From assembly GCA_009602735.1 (NCBI GenBank), contig WELA01000598.1, forward strand, positions 113,321-177,320: 64,000 nucleotides of DNA, written 5' to 3'. The DNA comes from Mesotaenium endlicherianum. Its lineage: Eukaryota. The translations under genes were made by a program, and so were the position numbers. Below the pieces are notes generated by a model. The model did not search any database and was not told where the DNA came from. It saw nothing but the letters and a program-made list of their open reading frames with translations. Below, in pieces: positions 49,485 to 63,200 of the stretch. Numbering within the stretch: the first letter of the stretch is position 1; each line of letters begins with the position of its first letter.

Positions 49485-51176
49485 TCAGCTGCTACCAGGC
49501 CACTGCAGGATGGATCCGAACAGGAAGTGCTGCATGATGGGGACCTTCCTGAGCACCTCGGCGCGATACATCTTGAGCATCCCGCTGTGCACCTTGCTCC
49601 AGCTCTGCACGCCGCTGATGTCGTTGATCATGGGGCTGTGCTCGGCCAGCGGGCCCTTCTTCACGCCCTTCACAAAGCGCACCGCCGCAAGATACAGGTA
49701 CTCCTTAGAGAACTCCTCCAGGATATCTGCGTTGTGTATCGACTTCGGCTTCAGGTACTTGTGCTCCGCGAGCTGCGCTGACCCAAAGATGAAGGGCAGG
49801 AACTGGTAGTCGTCAAGGCCCCACACGCCGTGCGAGCCCGCGGGCTCCAGCCAGTAGGTCGCCTGGAGCTTCCGCATGAGGTCCAGGTACTTGACAAAGA
49901 CACGCAGCACCGCGGCCTGGAAGTCGCGCGGGCCGAGGAGGCCCAGGCGCGCGAGGCACAGCAGCCAGGCCAGGAAGTTGGCCTCGTGGCCCGTGCCGTA
50001 GTCCAGCCGCGTCGCGTTCCCGAAGCTGTCGGCAAAGTACGGGAACAGCTCCACGGCCGCGGCCTCCAGGCCCGAGCCTGCTCCCGAGCCTGGGGCTCCA
50101 TCCGTGCCTGCTTCCAAGCCTGCGGCTCCCGCGCCTGCTCCTTCCAGACCTGCGGCTCCCGGGCGGGCCGCTTCCACGCCCGCTTCTCTTATTCCGGTAG
50201 TGGCTCCTGCGTCTGCTCCTACACCACCTGCGGCTCCTGCACCTGCTCCCAAAGCCTGGTCCGACGAGCCTCGCTGTGCTACGCCCGCTTCGACGCCGGA
50301 TTCCTCAGCCTTGTCCGGCAGGCCATCCTCTGTAACAACGCCTGGTGCTTCGCCGCCTGCAGCTGCGGCACCTGGACCCTCAGCCTTGCCTAGCAAGCCA
50401 CTCTCCGCTACCCCTGCTCCCACGCCGGCGCCCACGCTTGCCTCCACGCCAGCTCCCCTGGGCTCCTCCTCCTCCCCTGCCTCGTTCCCCCGCAGCAGCG
50501 CAGCCACCATGGCGGGGCCGCGCGCCTGCAGGCGGTCTTGCCACTCGCGGAACGCGGGGTTGCCGTACCGGACAGCTGTCGTCTTGGGGGGGATCTCGTC
50601 GACCCAGGCGCTGAGCTCGTCGAGCGCCGCGCAGATGGCGGCGAGGCGCGGCGCCACGTGGCAAGCGTCCGACACCCGGCGGCCGCGCGCGGCCTCGCTC
50701 AGCCGCACCACGAAGCCCAGGAGCATCTTGCCGGCGTCGGAGTCCAAGAATCGCTCCACGTCGCTCACAGTATGGATCCGCTTCTGCGGGACTCGAAATG
50801 CGAACGGGGGCTCAAGGAGGGGGATGTCGCACGCTTGCGGCAGGGGGGCAAACGCGCCGTGTGAGGGTGGGGCGGAGGCGGTGGGGCCAAATTGACCGGT
50901 GCTGTGCGCCTGCTGCGCCCAGGGGGCCATGCCCCCAGGAATGTCTGCATCTCGCCCTCCCCCCTGACCTAGGCTATAGCCGTACGCATAGTGGGGCCCC
51001 TCAGTTTCTGAGGGATAGCCGCGTCGGCTTGCAGGCTGCTGCTGCTGCTTCTGGTGCGCGCCTCTCGCGTCCTTCTCCTCTGCTGTTGGCATCTGCAAAC
51101 ATCCGCCAGCCCCAGCAAGGCAAGCTTGAGCGACTGGATCATTCAGCACCCACTCCTTCTCCCCTGAGGTTGGCAT
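49485..51176 (-). CDS. PTPA: serine/threonine-protein phosphatase 2A activator (phosphotyrosyl phosphatase activator)
   Basis: Motifs [68 protein letters not shown] and [20 protein letters not shown]. The exact start codon is uncertain (ATG at 51176 or ~51092). Confidence 0.97.
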   Translation of the reverse strand: MPTSGEKEWVLNDPVAQACLAGAGGCLQMPTAEEKDARGAHQKQQQQPASRRGYPSETEGPHYAYGYSLGQGGGRDADIPGGMAPWAQQAHSTGQFGPTASAPPSHGAFAPLPQACDIPLLEPPFAFRVPQKRIHTVSDVERFLDSDAGKMLLGFVVRLSEAARGRRVSDACHVAPRLAAICAALDELSAWVDEIPPKTTAVRYGNPAFREWQDRLQARGPAMVAALLRGNEAGEEEEPRGAGVEASVGAGVGAGVAESGLLGKAEGPGAAAAGGEAPGVVTEDGLPDKAEESGVEAGVAQRGSSDQALGAGAGAAGGVGADAGATTGIREAGVEAARPGAAGLEGAGAGAAGLEAGTDGAPGSGAGSGLEAAAVELFPYFADSFGNATRLDYGTGHEANFLAWLLCLARLGLLGPRDFQAAVLRVFVKYLDLMRKLQATYWLEPAGSHGVWGLDDYQFLPFIFGSAQLAEHKYLKPKSIHNADILEEFSKEYLYLAAVRFVKGVKKGPLAEHSPMINDISGVQSWSKVHSGMLKMYRAEVLRKVPIMQHFLFGSILQWPGSS

Positions 51177-54100
51177 CTGTCGAGGCACTGTCGTCTGTTG
51201 TACATACTGGTCACTCCAGAAGCCCCCCTGAGCTCCCCTGAATACGCCTCAACCTGGTCAGGATTGGGACACCTGTCGGCGTGGCACAGATACTGTTTTA
51301 AGGGGAAAATGAAGGGGGATTGGTGCATGAGAGATTTAGTGAAGCAGGCAAGGCGAGACGGGCGTTCTCAGATGACAGAAAGAGTTTGGGTTCGGGGAAC
51401 GCGGGAATGAGAACGGAGATAGGAGCCAAAGAGGAAAAGTCCTCACCTTGTGACCTTGCTCTCCTCCTCCTACTTTCAAATCTCTAGGCTAGCCTGCGGA
51501 TACGAGAAAGCACAAGAGAGCGCAGAGAGAGAAAAGACATGTTTGGTAAAGCATAAACATGTAACTGGACAGCAATGAAGGGCAAATTGGGGGGGGGGGA
51601 CTCCCGTCCCTGTTTGTGACCCGCTTGGCACAGGAAAGACTCTGCGCTCTGACTTCAAGAGCCTACATCTCAGAGATGTAGGTCACCAGGGATTGGGTTT
51701 ATGCAACAGGCTTCAGAGTTGAAGGTTAGGAGGTCCAGGCTTCAGAGCTCAAGTTGAGGAAGTTCAGGTCTCAGGTTTAAGTCTGGGGTTCAGGCAACAG
51801 GCTCCAGGGTTTAAGTCAGAGGATCGCAGGAAGGTCCGGGTGTCTATGGCTGCACGCGCTTCTACTGTCCCTTTCTTTCCTCAAACTAGAAATCTTTTAA
51901 CCGTTGTACCCCCTGCCTTCGAACCTTACACATGAATACCGTGGCTTTCACAGTTGACCTGATCGACGCTACTAACCAGGTCAACCTGACAGCCAGCTTT
52001 GCATCGACAGCCATGCAGGAGCTTCCATCCCTCACAAACATCCCCCACCCTCCTCTATTTATCGCCTCTCCTCCAAATTTCCCCCAGTAAGAGCAGCATG
52101 GAATGAAGCAGCATGGAGAGAGCAGCAGTCATGCCACAGGCATCCCGACTCACACTCACGGTGGCCAACCCGTCTTCCCCCGCCCCTCCCTCCCCAAATG
52201 CCCAGCCCAGCCCAGCCCACGCCATGCCAGGCATCGAGTAACAACTGCAAGGGTACGTGCAGAGTTCCTCCCGCTTTCCCTCTCTCTCTCTCTTCCAAGC
52301 AAGGGAGGCACGCGCACGCCAGCTAGCACCCTTAAGGTCTCCCACCTGGTAAAGTAAGCCTGCCTGCAAGAAACAGGATGCCTAGCTGATGGCCCCCAAC
52401 TCAACAAATTTGCCTCAGAGAAGCGCCACCATATCCCTCATACCTTGTATGTTGCCCCAACTGTGCACAGCTCACGAGGCCCTACGGTGCGAGAGGTCCT
52501 CAGTCGACTGAGGTTGTGTAATAGGCGGTACTTCACCCACAGACTTTCAAAAGACGCCAACCCCCCTTCTTTCCCTCTCCGGTCCACCCCCACCACCACC
52601 CAAGCCCAACCCACCCCACCCTGCCCCATCTAACCCGTCCCCCACGGTGACCTTGTAGTCAATACCAGTGATTTGGTGTCTACCGTCAGCTGGGGCAGCA
52701 GGTGCTTGATACTAGGCATTTGGCTCACACATTAAGCCTGGTAGGGTGCAGTATGTCTCAATCTCCCAAATAAAGTCCACGGAGACTGTCGGAGTGCAGC
52801 GATTCTTGGCCTCTCACATGCTATGGGCATGCTAATGACCAACAGCACCCAGTAGCAATAAGCATGTGCTCCAGCGGCAATCCAAAAGGAGGTGTCTGCC
52901 ACACAGTCTGGATACTACCCCAGAGTCCATAGCGCTGCTCCAAACTGGAAGAACAGCCCCGCTCCATCACATCTGAAGTTCTCACACAAGCCCTCCCCTC
53001 TTTGGACCACTCTTTCTGTAGAACCATATTACAACATTATGTGTTCAACTGAACTGGAAAGTGACAGCACTAGAACCATAGACAAGTTGCACCTCAAATC
53101 CCTCATGTGAAACTTCACTGGTATATGGACCATTGATTGCAACATTCACTCGAAACAACAGAACAAACCTAGCATTTAGGGATCAGAGCCAGAAATACCT
53201 GAAATGCAAAATTATTGTGTCAAGTATCCATCTCCTTTTCCTTCTTCAGGAACATACGCTATGACGTCTTCGTCCACAGATTTACTCCCTTAGAAATAGC
53301 TCACGATGCTGGCAGGCGCTCTGGCGTTTTGCCTCGAGGAGAAAAGCCCCAGATTGGACTAACCTACAGCGACATGTTATCATTGATCAAGTGCTACAGA
53401 CGACGTCGACACCTCTTCATAATTACTCCGTGTCAAAACAAGAGGAAGTAAATTAAAGTGCGGTTTGCTACTGAGACTCTAAGCTACGTAGTCCTGCGGC
53501 ACGACCGAATAGTAGCTCTTCTACACGTCCATGCAATTGAGCTGAAATGAGATGAGGAAACTGAGCAACTTTGGTCAACCTACGAACAAGAATGAAGTTC
53601 CACGCAAGCTACAACATCCTCAAAGACTTCCTCGCTTTCGTTATGTTATCGGACGAAGTGAACAGGAATCGCTAGTATGTAGGCAAGTTTAGAGGAATAT
53701 GACAGTTATTGCTGGGATAAAGGTGGAGTCTCCAGAATATGTGCAAGCTGTTGGACTATGACTTCAGACTGCGAAAGGTTAGATGCCATGAAGTTCGTGA
53801 GTAGGAGCTGTTACTTCGCATAGGAGGGTGCCAGGAAAAGGCGAACAACGTGCAAGTAGACTCACTTCTTTCAAGAAGGTAGCACGCTGATTGACGTCTC
53901 GTGGGTCGTTCACGTGACGTGTGGGTTTGAAGCCAAGCTTCTTCTCTTGCCTCCAGCTTCATATTCATCTGGCGTCTGTCTGTTGAGTAGTGAGAAAACC
54001 GGGAGTGTGATGGTTTTAATGAAACTGCAACAGAAGCCATGGATGCATTTTAAATGGTTTAAAGCTGAAGCAATATCACCAAGTGTATGCTTTGGGATAG

Positions 54101-55472
54101 TATTAATTGATTACCAGCCTCGAAGCTGCTTCCACATACAGTTACCAGCCTTACAACAAAATAGAGTATCTCGTGTTGTGTTTATGATGTTATTTTACAT
54201 AGGTACGGGCAACCTGCATTTGCAGGGGTACATGTCAGGAGTTTGTATCTCAGGATCTTAGCAGCTGGAAGTATGGAAGTATAAGCTGTCCTTTCATTCT
54301 GGTGTGTGATTGCTGCACATTTCTATCAGCTGCTCGTCCTCACACCTAGCACCAAGGACGAGATTAGCAATGTATAGAAGAAGTTCCTTCATTGGCTGTC
54401 AGAGGGGTGTTGTTCTGCCAGCTCATGAAATGGGAGGCCAACACGAGCTGCTGCATATATTTGTTTTCAGTAACATTGAGCACATCCTACTATGTTCATC
54501 ACTGAACCTTCCGTTGCCATGTCTGGGGGTTAGGCTGGAGAAGATAAATTCACCTTTGTGCTCTTCTTAAACCTTGTGCATATGCATATTGGAAGAAATA
54601 GATCTGTACTGCCTTGATTTTTCACCTTCAGTATCAATCAGCTTCAAACCCTTTCTTGCATCAGGAGCAGAGAGTGTGGAAGAAAGTACATGGCTATGGC
54701 TAAGACTGCCAGTATATCATCAGCTGAGGTGGTTATGGGGAGCAGCACCAGGCTTTAGTGAAAAGCTACAAAGTGAATTCCTTATTTCAAACCTATGCAA
54801 CTTGTGTTAGCGTTAGCAGGCTGGTTACAAGAGGACATAACTCAATCTTTACTGAAAGCATGGTTTGCAAGTAAGAGTAATGAGCTTCTTTGTGCGCAAG
54901 TCTGTGACATGCGTGTTACTAGCCAGGTGCTCTTTATGTGCCCATGGGTTCATGGGCAGACCATCAAGTGTTTGGCATAATCTTGTCGTTATATTGGCTA
55001 AGCTGCCTCACTTAGGAGCCTGCTCAACATTTTCTCAAAGCGCCCTGCATCACAATATGTCTGAGGTCCCGCATGATACGAGCTGCAAGTTGGTGGGTGG
55101 ATGGGGGGTGATATGGGTACTAACTGCCAGTTGCTGTCTGCTTCAGCAAATCCGCAGGGGGAGCTGGCATGATGCCCTTAAAGGGTAGGGAGGATCAATA
55201 GCTGCTTTGCTCTTGCGTCAGCAGCAGGTTTGATGGTCATAGTTGATACAAGTGGGTATTTTCTGTGTGTCTATGCACGTGTGAGCGGGTTATTTGATGT
55301 ATTGTTTTCTTGACATTTTGAGTCCCTGCTCCTTCTGTGTCCTGCGCAGGAAAACCCCCCCACCTCGAGCCAGCCAAGCATCGTCCGCAGCTGACTTCGC
55401 AAACTACTTGAGTTTACTGTGAAGCCAAGTCCCTACTGCAGGAGGAGGGCAGCAGCGCCATTGGAGTCAGCC

Positions 55473-56341
55473 ATGGCCGATCGCAGCAAGTCACGCTACT
55501 CCGCTCTGCCCCGAGAGGATGACCCCCAAAGTGAGGGCCGTGCTTCGAGTCAAAGCCAGGGCCCTGCTGTAGGAGGCAGAAGCGTGAGCCGCCGGATCGC
55601 TGCGCAAGGGCGGGCTGCCTTAAACCAGGCCACAGATCTGCGTTACAGCTACGAGCCAAAGGTTCAGATCCCCTGGAAGGCTATCTTGCTGGCACTGTTT
55701 CTGCTCTGCCTGGGAGTGCTGTTCCTAGTAGTCGCCTACCTGATGCTGACAGGGCACATGGGCGGCGACAGCTCACAGGGCTGGGGCTTCTTCACACTTG
55801 GATGCCTCATTTTTCTGCCAGGTAAGCCAAACTTGTGAGAACCCTTCTTGCTTACATTTCTGGATGGGTATGATGCATCTGTTGTGTTTACTTGATCAGT
55901 CAAATGACGGTACTGTGAATAAGTTGTGCTTTTGTGTCGAGAGGAGCATTGGGGTGCCCATGGATTTTATGTATGCCATTAGTGGGGGAAGCTTGGAGTT
56001 GCCACCACCGTGCACCCTACTTACTGGTCACATCACATCCATGAAGCTCTACATGTTCTCACAACGGGCATGTTACCAATATTCTAATTTTGGAGGCAGG
56101 TGCATCTAGATACCGTAGCAAAGAGTGAGGTGTGTCGTGCTATCATCAAGTTATGTGTGCCTGACCTACTCCATACTAGTTCCGTAATCACGGTATCTCT
56201 CACGGCATTGTAGGGCCTTGTTGTAATGAGATAAAAACTTGAAGTTGGTCGTTTTGTGCAGGATTCTACGAGACCAGGATCGCTTATTACTCGTGGAGGG
56301 GCATGATAGGTTATTCATACAACAACATCCCTCAATACTGA
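55473..56341 (+). CDS. TMEM230: transmembrane protein 230 family protein (2 TM helices)
   Basis: join(55473-55821,56262-56341): ...IPWKAILLALFLLCLG...GCLIFLPG|FYETRIAYYSWRGMIGYSYNNIPQY*, with a GT-AG intron. Confidence 0.93.
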
Positions 56342-57205
56342 TAGATATGTTAATACATAGATATATATACATTGGCTTGTAGACGTAGAAGCACAGGAGT
56401 CTCAGCATCTCTACGACTCCAGCTTTATTGGCATTAATGAGGTTTTGGCTGTGAACAGTCCAATTTGGCTTTTTACGGCATTGTTAAATGCATACATTTG
56501 ATACTCTGAATAATGCCCCTGCTATATATAGAAAGTTGCAAAAGCATGTACTAGACTAGGCTAAGAATGTCTTTTAGAGGTGCTGTCCCATTCATGAAAA
56601 TGAGATATGTATTGGCAGGCCAAGCTTAAAATATGCTGGCCAGCTAGCTTTGCTAAGTATAGCAACATGCACGTTCTCGCCGCCATTATGGTTTACATGT
56701 AGGATAAGAACGCAACTAGCTGGAGGTGCTTAACTTAGCCTGCCCAAGTTTTTTGGATCTAGTGCAGCGGCTTGCATGAAAGGAAGTAGCAGTGCTTGTA
56801 CTGGATGAACGTGCCACTAAGCAGACAACCGGTGAAGGACCTGGCGGAAATAGAATTCATGAATAATAACAAGAATAATTATTACCTGGTACAAGAAGGC
56901 CAGTGTGCGAATGCGCTGATGTTAGAAGTCCCATCACAGGGGGGGTCAATAGAAGTCCTAGTCATACTTGAGTGGTATTGTCCAGGTTAAGCATGGACTA
57001 GTGTACATTATGTGCTACAAAGCTTGGAAGTACCTGCTAGCTGTATATGAACAAAGAAGGGGCCAAGAACCTCAGTGAAATCTTACTGCTTCACAATGAA
57101 TAGCAGAGGAGGTATACCTTAACATTATACCTGACTATCTACTTTACATTGCCAAAGAGCTTTTTCTCCATGGCTTATTCAGAAAAATTGTCTTTGTTTC
57201 CCACA

Positions 57206-60200
57206 TCACTTCTCATAGAGTGCCATGGTGCCCCACGATGGCCCTACTCTCGTTTTTACCAGGAGCGGAACTGCCCATGGAAAAGCCACCCACAACAAGA
57301 GAGAAAGATGTGAGTTCCTCCAAGGATACGATCATTATTCAACCCAAAGATGCATGTGTACACACACTCGTGACCTGTTGTGGAAAATCATCTACTATAG
57401 TGTGCACTCACAACGACCCTGCAAGTCGTGCAACCTCCAGAGGTCAAGGAGAAGACGAGGAAAGAACCCAACTCAGAGTCCTGTACCAAGCTTGCCAGAA
57501 GGCGGGCGAGTTACACAAAGCACACCTGAGAGTGAAACGGCCCCTTCCATGCAGAGGCGGAGCAGGTCCACAGCTGTCTGCACGTGCTCCTCCTGCACTT
57601 CCACCACCAGCTCATCGTGCACCTGCCAGCACACCCACATATGTCATAAGCGGGGGACAAGATCATGAAGTGCTGCTGGAGCGACTGCTTCATTGACTAT
57701 GCTTCCTAAACTCCTTCCCGCCCTGACTTGGAGTCATATATGGTGCCTGCCTGGCTCTGGAGGTGGCCACAAAGACCACCAGGTGAGGCAAGCTTGTACC
57801 AAGCGGTAGGCAGTTGATAGTAAAACCTGTACGCCAGACAATGCCGCTTCAGAAGCTGCCGGCGGTCACACATTAGAAGCTGGGAGAGTTAGAGGGCATG
57901 CATGCGCAACACTGTTCTGAGGTAAGCTGATATCCACGATCTAAGAAAGCCAGTTACAAAGAGCACGTGCCGTTTTGGCGTGCAAGGCACCGCAAACTAA
58001 GGACTGCAAAGTACGCGTCGTGGAAACAGCCACAAGAGGACGGGACGTATGGGGTACCTGCAAGAGCAGATGGCAGCGCCCTCGGAGCATGCCCGCGAGC
58101 AGCTGCCACTTGGCAGCATCAGGCTCAGCCACAAGGCACGCGGCAGCTTCTCGCCCAGTGATGGCGCCATGAAAGCGGATCATGGCCATCTTTATCACAT
58201 CCGCTGCCGAGCCCTGTTTGGAACAAGTTAGACCACCCCACTACAGGCAAATCGTCAGTCATGACCTGTTTTCCTCATTCATAGCAAGACAGTCGCAATG
58301 TCTACCACTGCTTGCTGCAGGTACTACTTGAGCTTAATTTCCTTTCTGACTGCGTCTTAGACCATTTTGAAGAAAACAAAGCTCATCCTAGGTCACAGGA
58401 CAGCAAAAACTCTAAAAATTGCCTGTAACCCCCCTAGAACAGGAAAACTGTTTATTTAATTCTGTTCTTTTGGACACCAACCAAGCACGTTACCTGTATG
58501 GACCAGGAGAGTGTGCCCTGCTCGTGTGCTGTGTCTGGTGAGTGTGATGTGTGCACTGTAGGGGTAGAAGCCTGGCACAGAAGCATGATCAGCCCATCCA
58601 TGAGCGAGGGGAGCACATTAAACGAGTCTCCACATTAACAAGCCTGCCGTATGTGATGTCTTACTTTCATGTCTCATAGCATGGGTTGCAGCACTATTGG
58701 ACGCTTTTGGAGGCACTGGCATTTCTGAATACAGCAGGCTGGCGATACTCGCTGGACTGACCTGGCAGATGGAGTTGACAGCCTGGCGAGCAGCGCGGGC
58801 GTGGTCCTCTTTCTTGGCGTTGTTTATCTTCTCCAAGTAGCGCCGACGTCCGCCCAGCGTCTCTATGCACCTGCAGAAGAGCGACTCATCAATGGTGAGG
58901 GCCTTACAGACGTACACCATGTATTACGGTGTAAGATCCAATCAACTCCTCTTCTCAACACACGGTGCTGTACAGACAGCTTTTTTTCTTCACTCTCCTC
59001 CTTTCCCCTCCTCTTTTGCCCTCGCCACCTCAGGAAATGCAGAAAAAACAATCCAGAAAAGGACATATACAGACAGCATGTTGCAAGCACTACATGCGCG
59101 CACAAGCATAGTCAGAGTCATGGAAGGAAGGGCTACAGACGGGGCGCTTTGTCATCTCAATCACTTAACTATTGCACACATGCAGAAGCTTTTGGGACAG
59201 CTGTGCACCCTCTGTCCCTTGCAGCACCACACGAACAAGGGGCAAACCACAGAGCACCAACGAAAACTGAACATCCTAAGGCAACCACGCGGGCACACAC
59301 CCCGCCTTCCGGCACATGGCGACGGCTCCCGCGATCCACAAGGCGACGCCCGGGAACGTCTCCAGGAAGGTCCGCTTGTGCGCTGCCGCCTCGCCGGGTG
59401 TGCAGTGCAGCTTCTCGGCCAGGGCTTGCGCGCCCATGCCGTACAGGAGGCCGTACACCAGCTGCTTCACGCGGTCCCGCTCGCAGCCGCTCACGGAAGC
59501 CTCGCTCTTGCGCAGCCACCTGGCGGCGATCATGCGGAAGAGATCGCCCGAGACGGTGGAAAGGAGGCCCAGGAGCAACGGGTCGTGCGAGAAGTGCGCC
59601 AGCATGCGCGCCTCCACCTGCGAGTAGTCGGCGGCCACCAGCACCCACCCTGCCTGCTCGCACTCGCACGCAGCAGTAACACCACGACCGCACAGGCACG
59701 GAGAAACAGGCGCACAGGCACAGACGCCTTTGGCTTAGGCGGTGGCCCAGGCTTAATAAGCACAGGCCAGGCACAGGCAAGGGGCAGAGGCAGGGGGCAC
59801 AGGCTGACTCGGGGGCAAGAGCACCAGCAAGGGCATGGGGACTGGAACCGGGCACTGCAAGGGGACATGTCCAGTAGCAAAGGGAGGGTGCACGAAGAGT
59901 CTGGGGCTTGCTGAAATTGTGGAAGAAGAACAAGTCATACTGCCCAGAGGAATCGGCAGCGTTCAAACTAACTGCTCCTGAACGATGCTTCAGCTCTTAC
60001 ATCCACCACCAATAAAGTACATGCAGGACCGTGCATCAAGCCAGGCGTGCGTGCTGGTCTTAACGCAACAGCTGGCATATGGTGATGCCACGAGCATGTA
60101 CATACAAGGGGGGGAGCTGCAGGAGGGAGAAGAGGGGGTCACCTGCGACGGCACCAGGACCTCCCTCGCAGTCACCTCCACTTGCTGCGCTGCGGGAGGT

Positions 60201-63200
60201 GCTCCTCCTCTCTCCGTGGAGAGGCTGATGGGTTTCTCCATGCACTGCACGGCACACGAGCACACCATGTCCATGGAGCATGCACAGGCAGATTCAGTAA
60301 ACAGTAAGAAACTAAAAGGAGATCTGTACAAGAGATACCGCTGCTTCCGTGGCATGATAGACTAGGAGGAGTATGTTTCAATGAGAAGCACATTTGTAGC
60401 TCCCTAGGACACCTGGAGGCTGATGCCGATGTGAATCCCAAAGCCGGCAGGGTAAGCGGCAGAAGGGAGTCTTGCTAGGGTCTCAGGCTACTGGGGCCTG
60501 AAGCCACCTGTGTGGCATAGTCGTATGAAAACATATGTCACACAGAGCTGAAATAAACTTCTGCACTTCAGCTCTCAAGAAGGTGTTTAGGACTGTCCCC
60601 CGAGGAGAACAGCATGCCTGTCGTATAGGCAAGGGGTGTCAACAAAGAGGACGAAGCCAGCGCTATTGAAGCTCAAAGAGGACGTGAGCCTTCGAGCCTC
60701 CGACAAACAAATTCAACCTCTAACAACAATCTTCACACGCCAAAACAAAAACCTGTACCCTCCGTACCTGAAGATTGGGCTCTTCCATGGACAGCCTCCC
60801 TGTGGCCGTCGCAGTCTGCTGCCAGCACCCAAACACCACTGGCCTCACCGGAGAACCTGGCAGCGTGCCAGCTGGCAACACCATGGGACCCCCGGGGGAC
60901 TTGGCCTTGTTGACCAGAGGCTCCAGCGTGTGATGGAGGACCTTGGTGAGGCTGCGGTACTCGCGGATAACGTTGGCTATCGGGTGCACGTCCCTGCAGA
61001 GGTCACCGCAAAAAGCGCCCACGCAGACAAACACGGAGACAGAGGAGTGTGAGAGGAAGAGAGGGAGAGGAGGGGGGAAGGGAGGGGAGAGGGCAAAGCA
61101 CCCGCATACACAATCCAAAAGCAAAAGTCTGCCTGCTAGCCTCAGCAAGAACACGAAAAAAAACACTCCCTTACTGCAGGTGCATAGCGCCAGCAGGAAC
61201 GTGAGAGTACTCCTTCATCACATCAGTGCAAGTTCTTGTGACAGCAGAGCGTGTCAGCGCCAGGGACTGGAGAGGACGCAGGGAGAGCAGGTGCTTCGAG
61301 AAGGAGGGAGGGCTCTCACTTGAGGAACTCGAGGGCGGCCTTGTTGGTGCTGGGCTGGCCCTTGCCGCGCGGCTCCGCGCCCGGCCGCACGGGCAGCTTC
61401 AGGCGCACGTAGAGCACGTCCGCCACCTCGTGCTTGGAGGCAAGCGAGAACTCCGTGCCTGCCAGGCGATTGGCCGTCTCCTCCAGGGCCTGGATCTTCG
61501 TGTGGAGAATAGCGCGGAATCGCTTGAAGGCCTCCAGGTCCAGGCCTATGCCCCACAGCTCCATGGAGGCCAGCACCCTCACCTGCAGCATAACGCAGCA
61601 CTCATGAACGCACGCGCGCATGCATATGCGTCGATACGCTTTCCAGACACCAGGCATCGGCTGCCAGGTAAAAGCCAGATAGCACGAGCATGCGAGGCCA
61701 TGGCGGAGCTTGGCCGTGCGCGGGCCATGCAGAGGCTGAGATGCGCGACCTGGCATGCCCACGTGCTGCTTACGGTGCCAGGGTAGAAGAGTGCCACATG
61801 GCACGCACGTCGTCGTCCTGGTTGAGCTTAGAACATCAAAACTCTGCAAAATTTAGTCATTAGTATGTGCTTGACCACTACAATTGTTGTATTATTCCCG
61901 TCATCCTCTGCACGAGAGAGGGAGAGGAAGGGATGAAGGGTGGGTGGTGGTGGAGGAAGGGTGGGATGGAACCAGAAGAGACACACAGCAAGCTTCTTGG
62001 CTAGCGAAAAGACGAGACAAATGTCGCGCACTCACCAGGGGCATCTCCACTTGGGCCAGGGGCACCTCAAGGCTTTCGGGCGGGAGCATCTTCCAGAGGG
62101 TGGTGTGCAGCACCCGCACCAGCGCCGCCCTCCGGCAGCACCCGTTAGCGTCGCGCACGATAGACTTCCAGCGGCCCGCTCTGGTGGCGGCGGCCACCAC
62201 CTCGGGTGGGAGCTTCCTGGCGGCCACCTGCACCCCACTCACGCAGGCAAGCTCTTTTTCATGCGCTGCTCGGGCCGACCTCACGAGATCCAGCCTCTCA
62301 GGATTGAGGACAAGGACAGCCCGTGCAGTGCGTGGAAAGGGATGTGATTGGTAAGAGCCCATAGCGTACCGTCAAGCCACGCTTGCGAAGGATAGCAGAA
62401 AGCGAAGGTGAAATATTAGATTAAATGGGACACTGGCTACTTTCCTGTTGTGCGAAATTAAGTAGTAGCAGCAAGAAACTTACTCATTTTCAAATTGAGT
62501 CAAGTGCCACGGCCTGATCCTTACTTGCGGACACAAAAGGTTGTGCTTTGGGCCCGGACAAAGTTGCCACAAGGGTGGAGTAGAAGCTTGTCAACACGAG
62601 CATTTGGGGCAAGTACTATGGGGGTAAAGCTCGTCCAGAAGCCCGCATATTATAGCACTGCTTCTTCTGTGTCTTGTCTGAGCATAATCACAATGGCACA
62701 AATGTTTGTTCTTCTCCCTAAAACAGTTTTTTTGTTAAAAGGAAGAGACTGAAAGCACTCAACTACTATCAAAAGGGAGCAAGCAAGTACAGGTCAACCC
62801 CTCTTTAGGGAAGAAGCAGGTCAGAACGGCCCATTCTCCCCCTCCCAACCCCCCCCCCCCCTTCAAAAAGAAGGTGCCACAGCACAATAGTATAATGCCA
62901 CTATACTCGTACGTGAAGCGCAACGGGGGCAGTGCACACCTTCTCCAGAGGAATGCTGGGTAGGTTCTCCTCATCCGGGAACAGTATCCACACAACAACG
63001 CGCATGTCCACCAGAGGATCGGCGAGATCAACGGCGGCCAGCTCCACTAACTCCGTGACGGGTGCTGGTGCAGCTCCCGGCAGCCTTGGCACTTCGTTGC
63101 ATCGGTCGCGTCCCTGTTCCGCCTCTACTGCAGCCAGTGCTCCAACGCTGACACCTGGCCCTCCCACTGCATCAGCTTTCATACAATCAAATACCTCGTG

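Noticed and set aside
49470..51241. Plus-strand ORFs over PTPA
   Set aside because: Antisense shadows of a GC3-rich coding sequence
58801..59966. Long ORFs of 292, 349 and 265 aa
   Set aside because: Antisense or off-frame shadows of GC-rich POLQ exons
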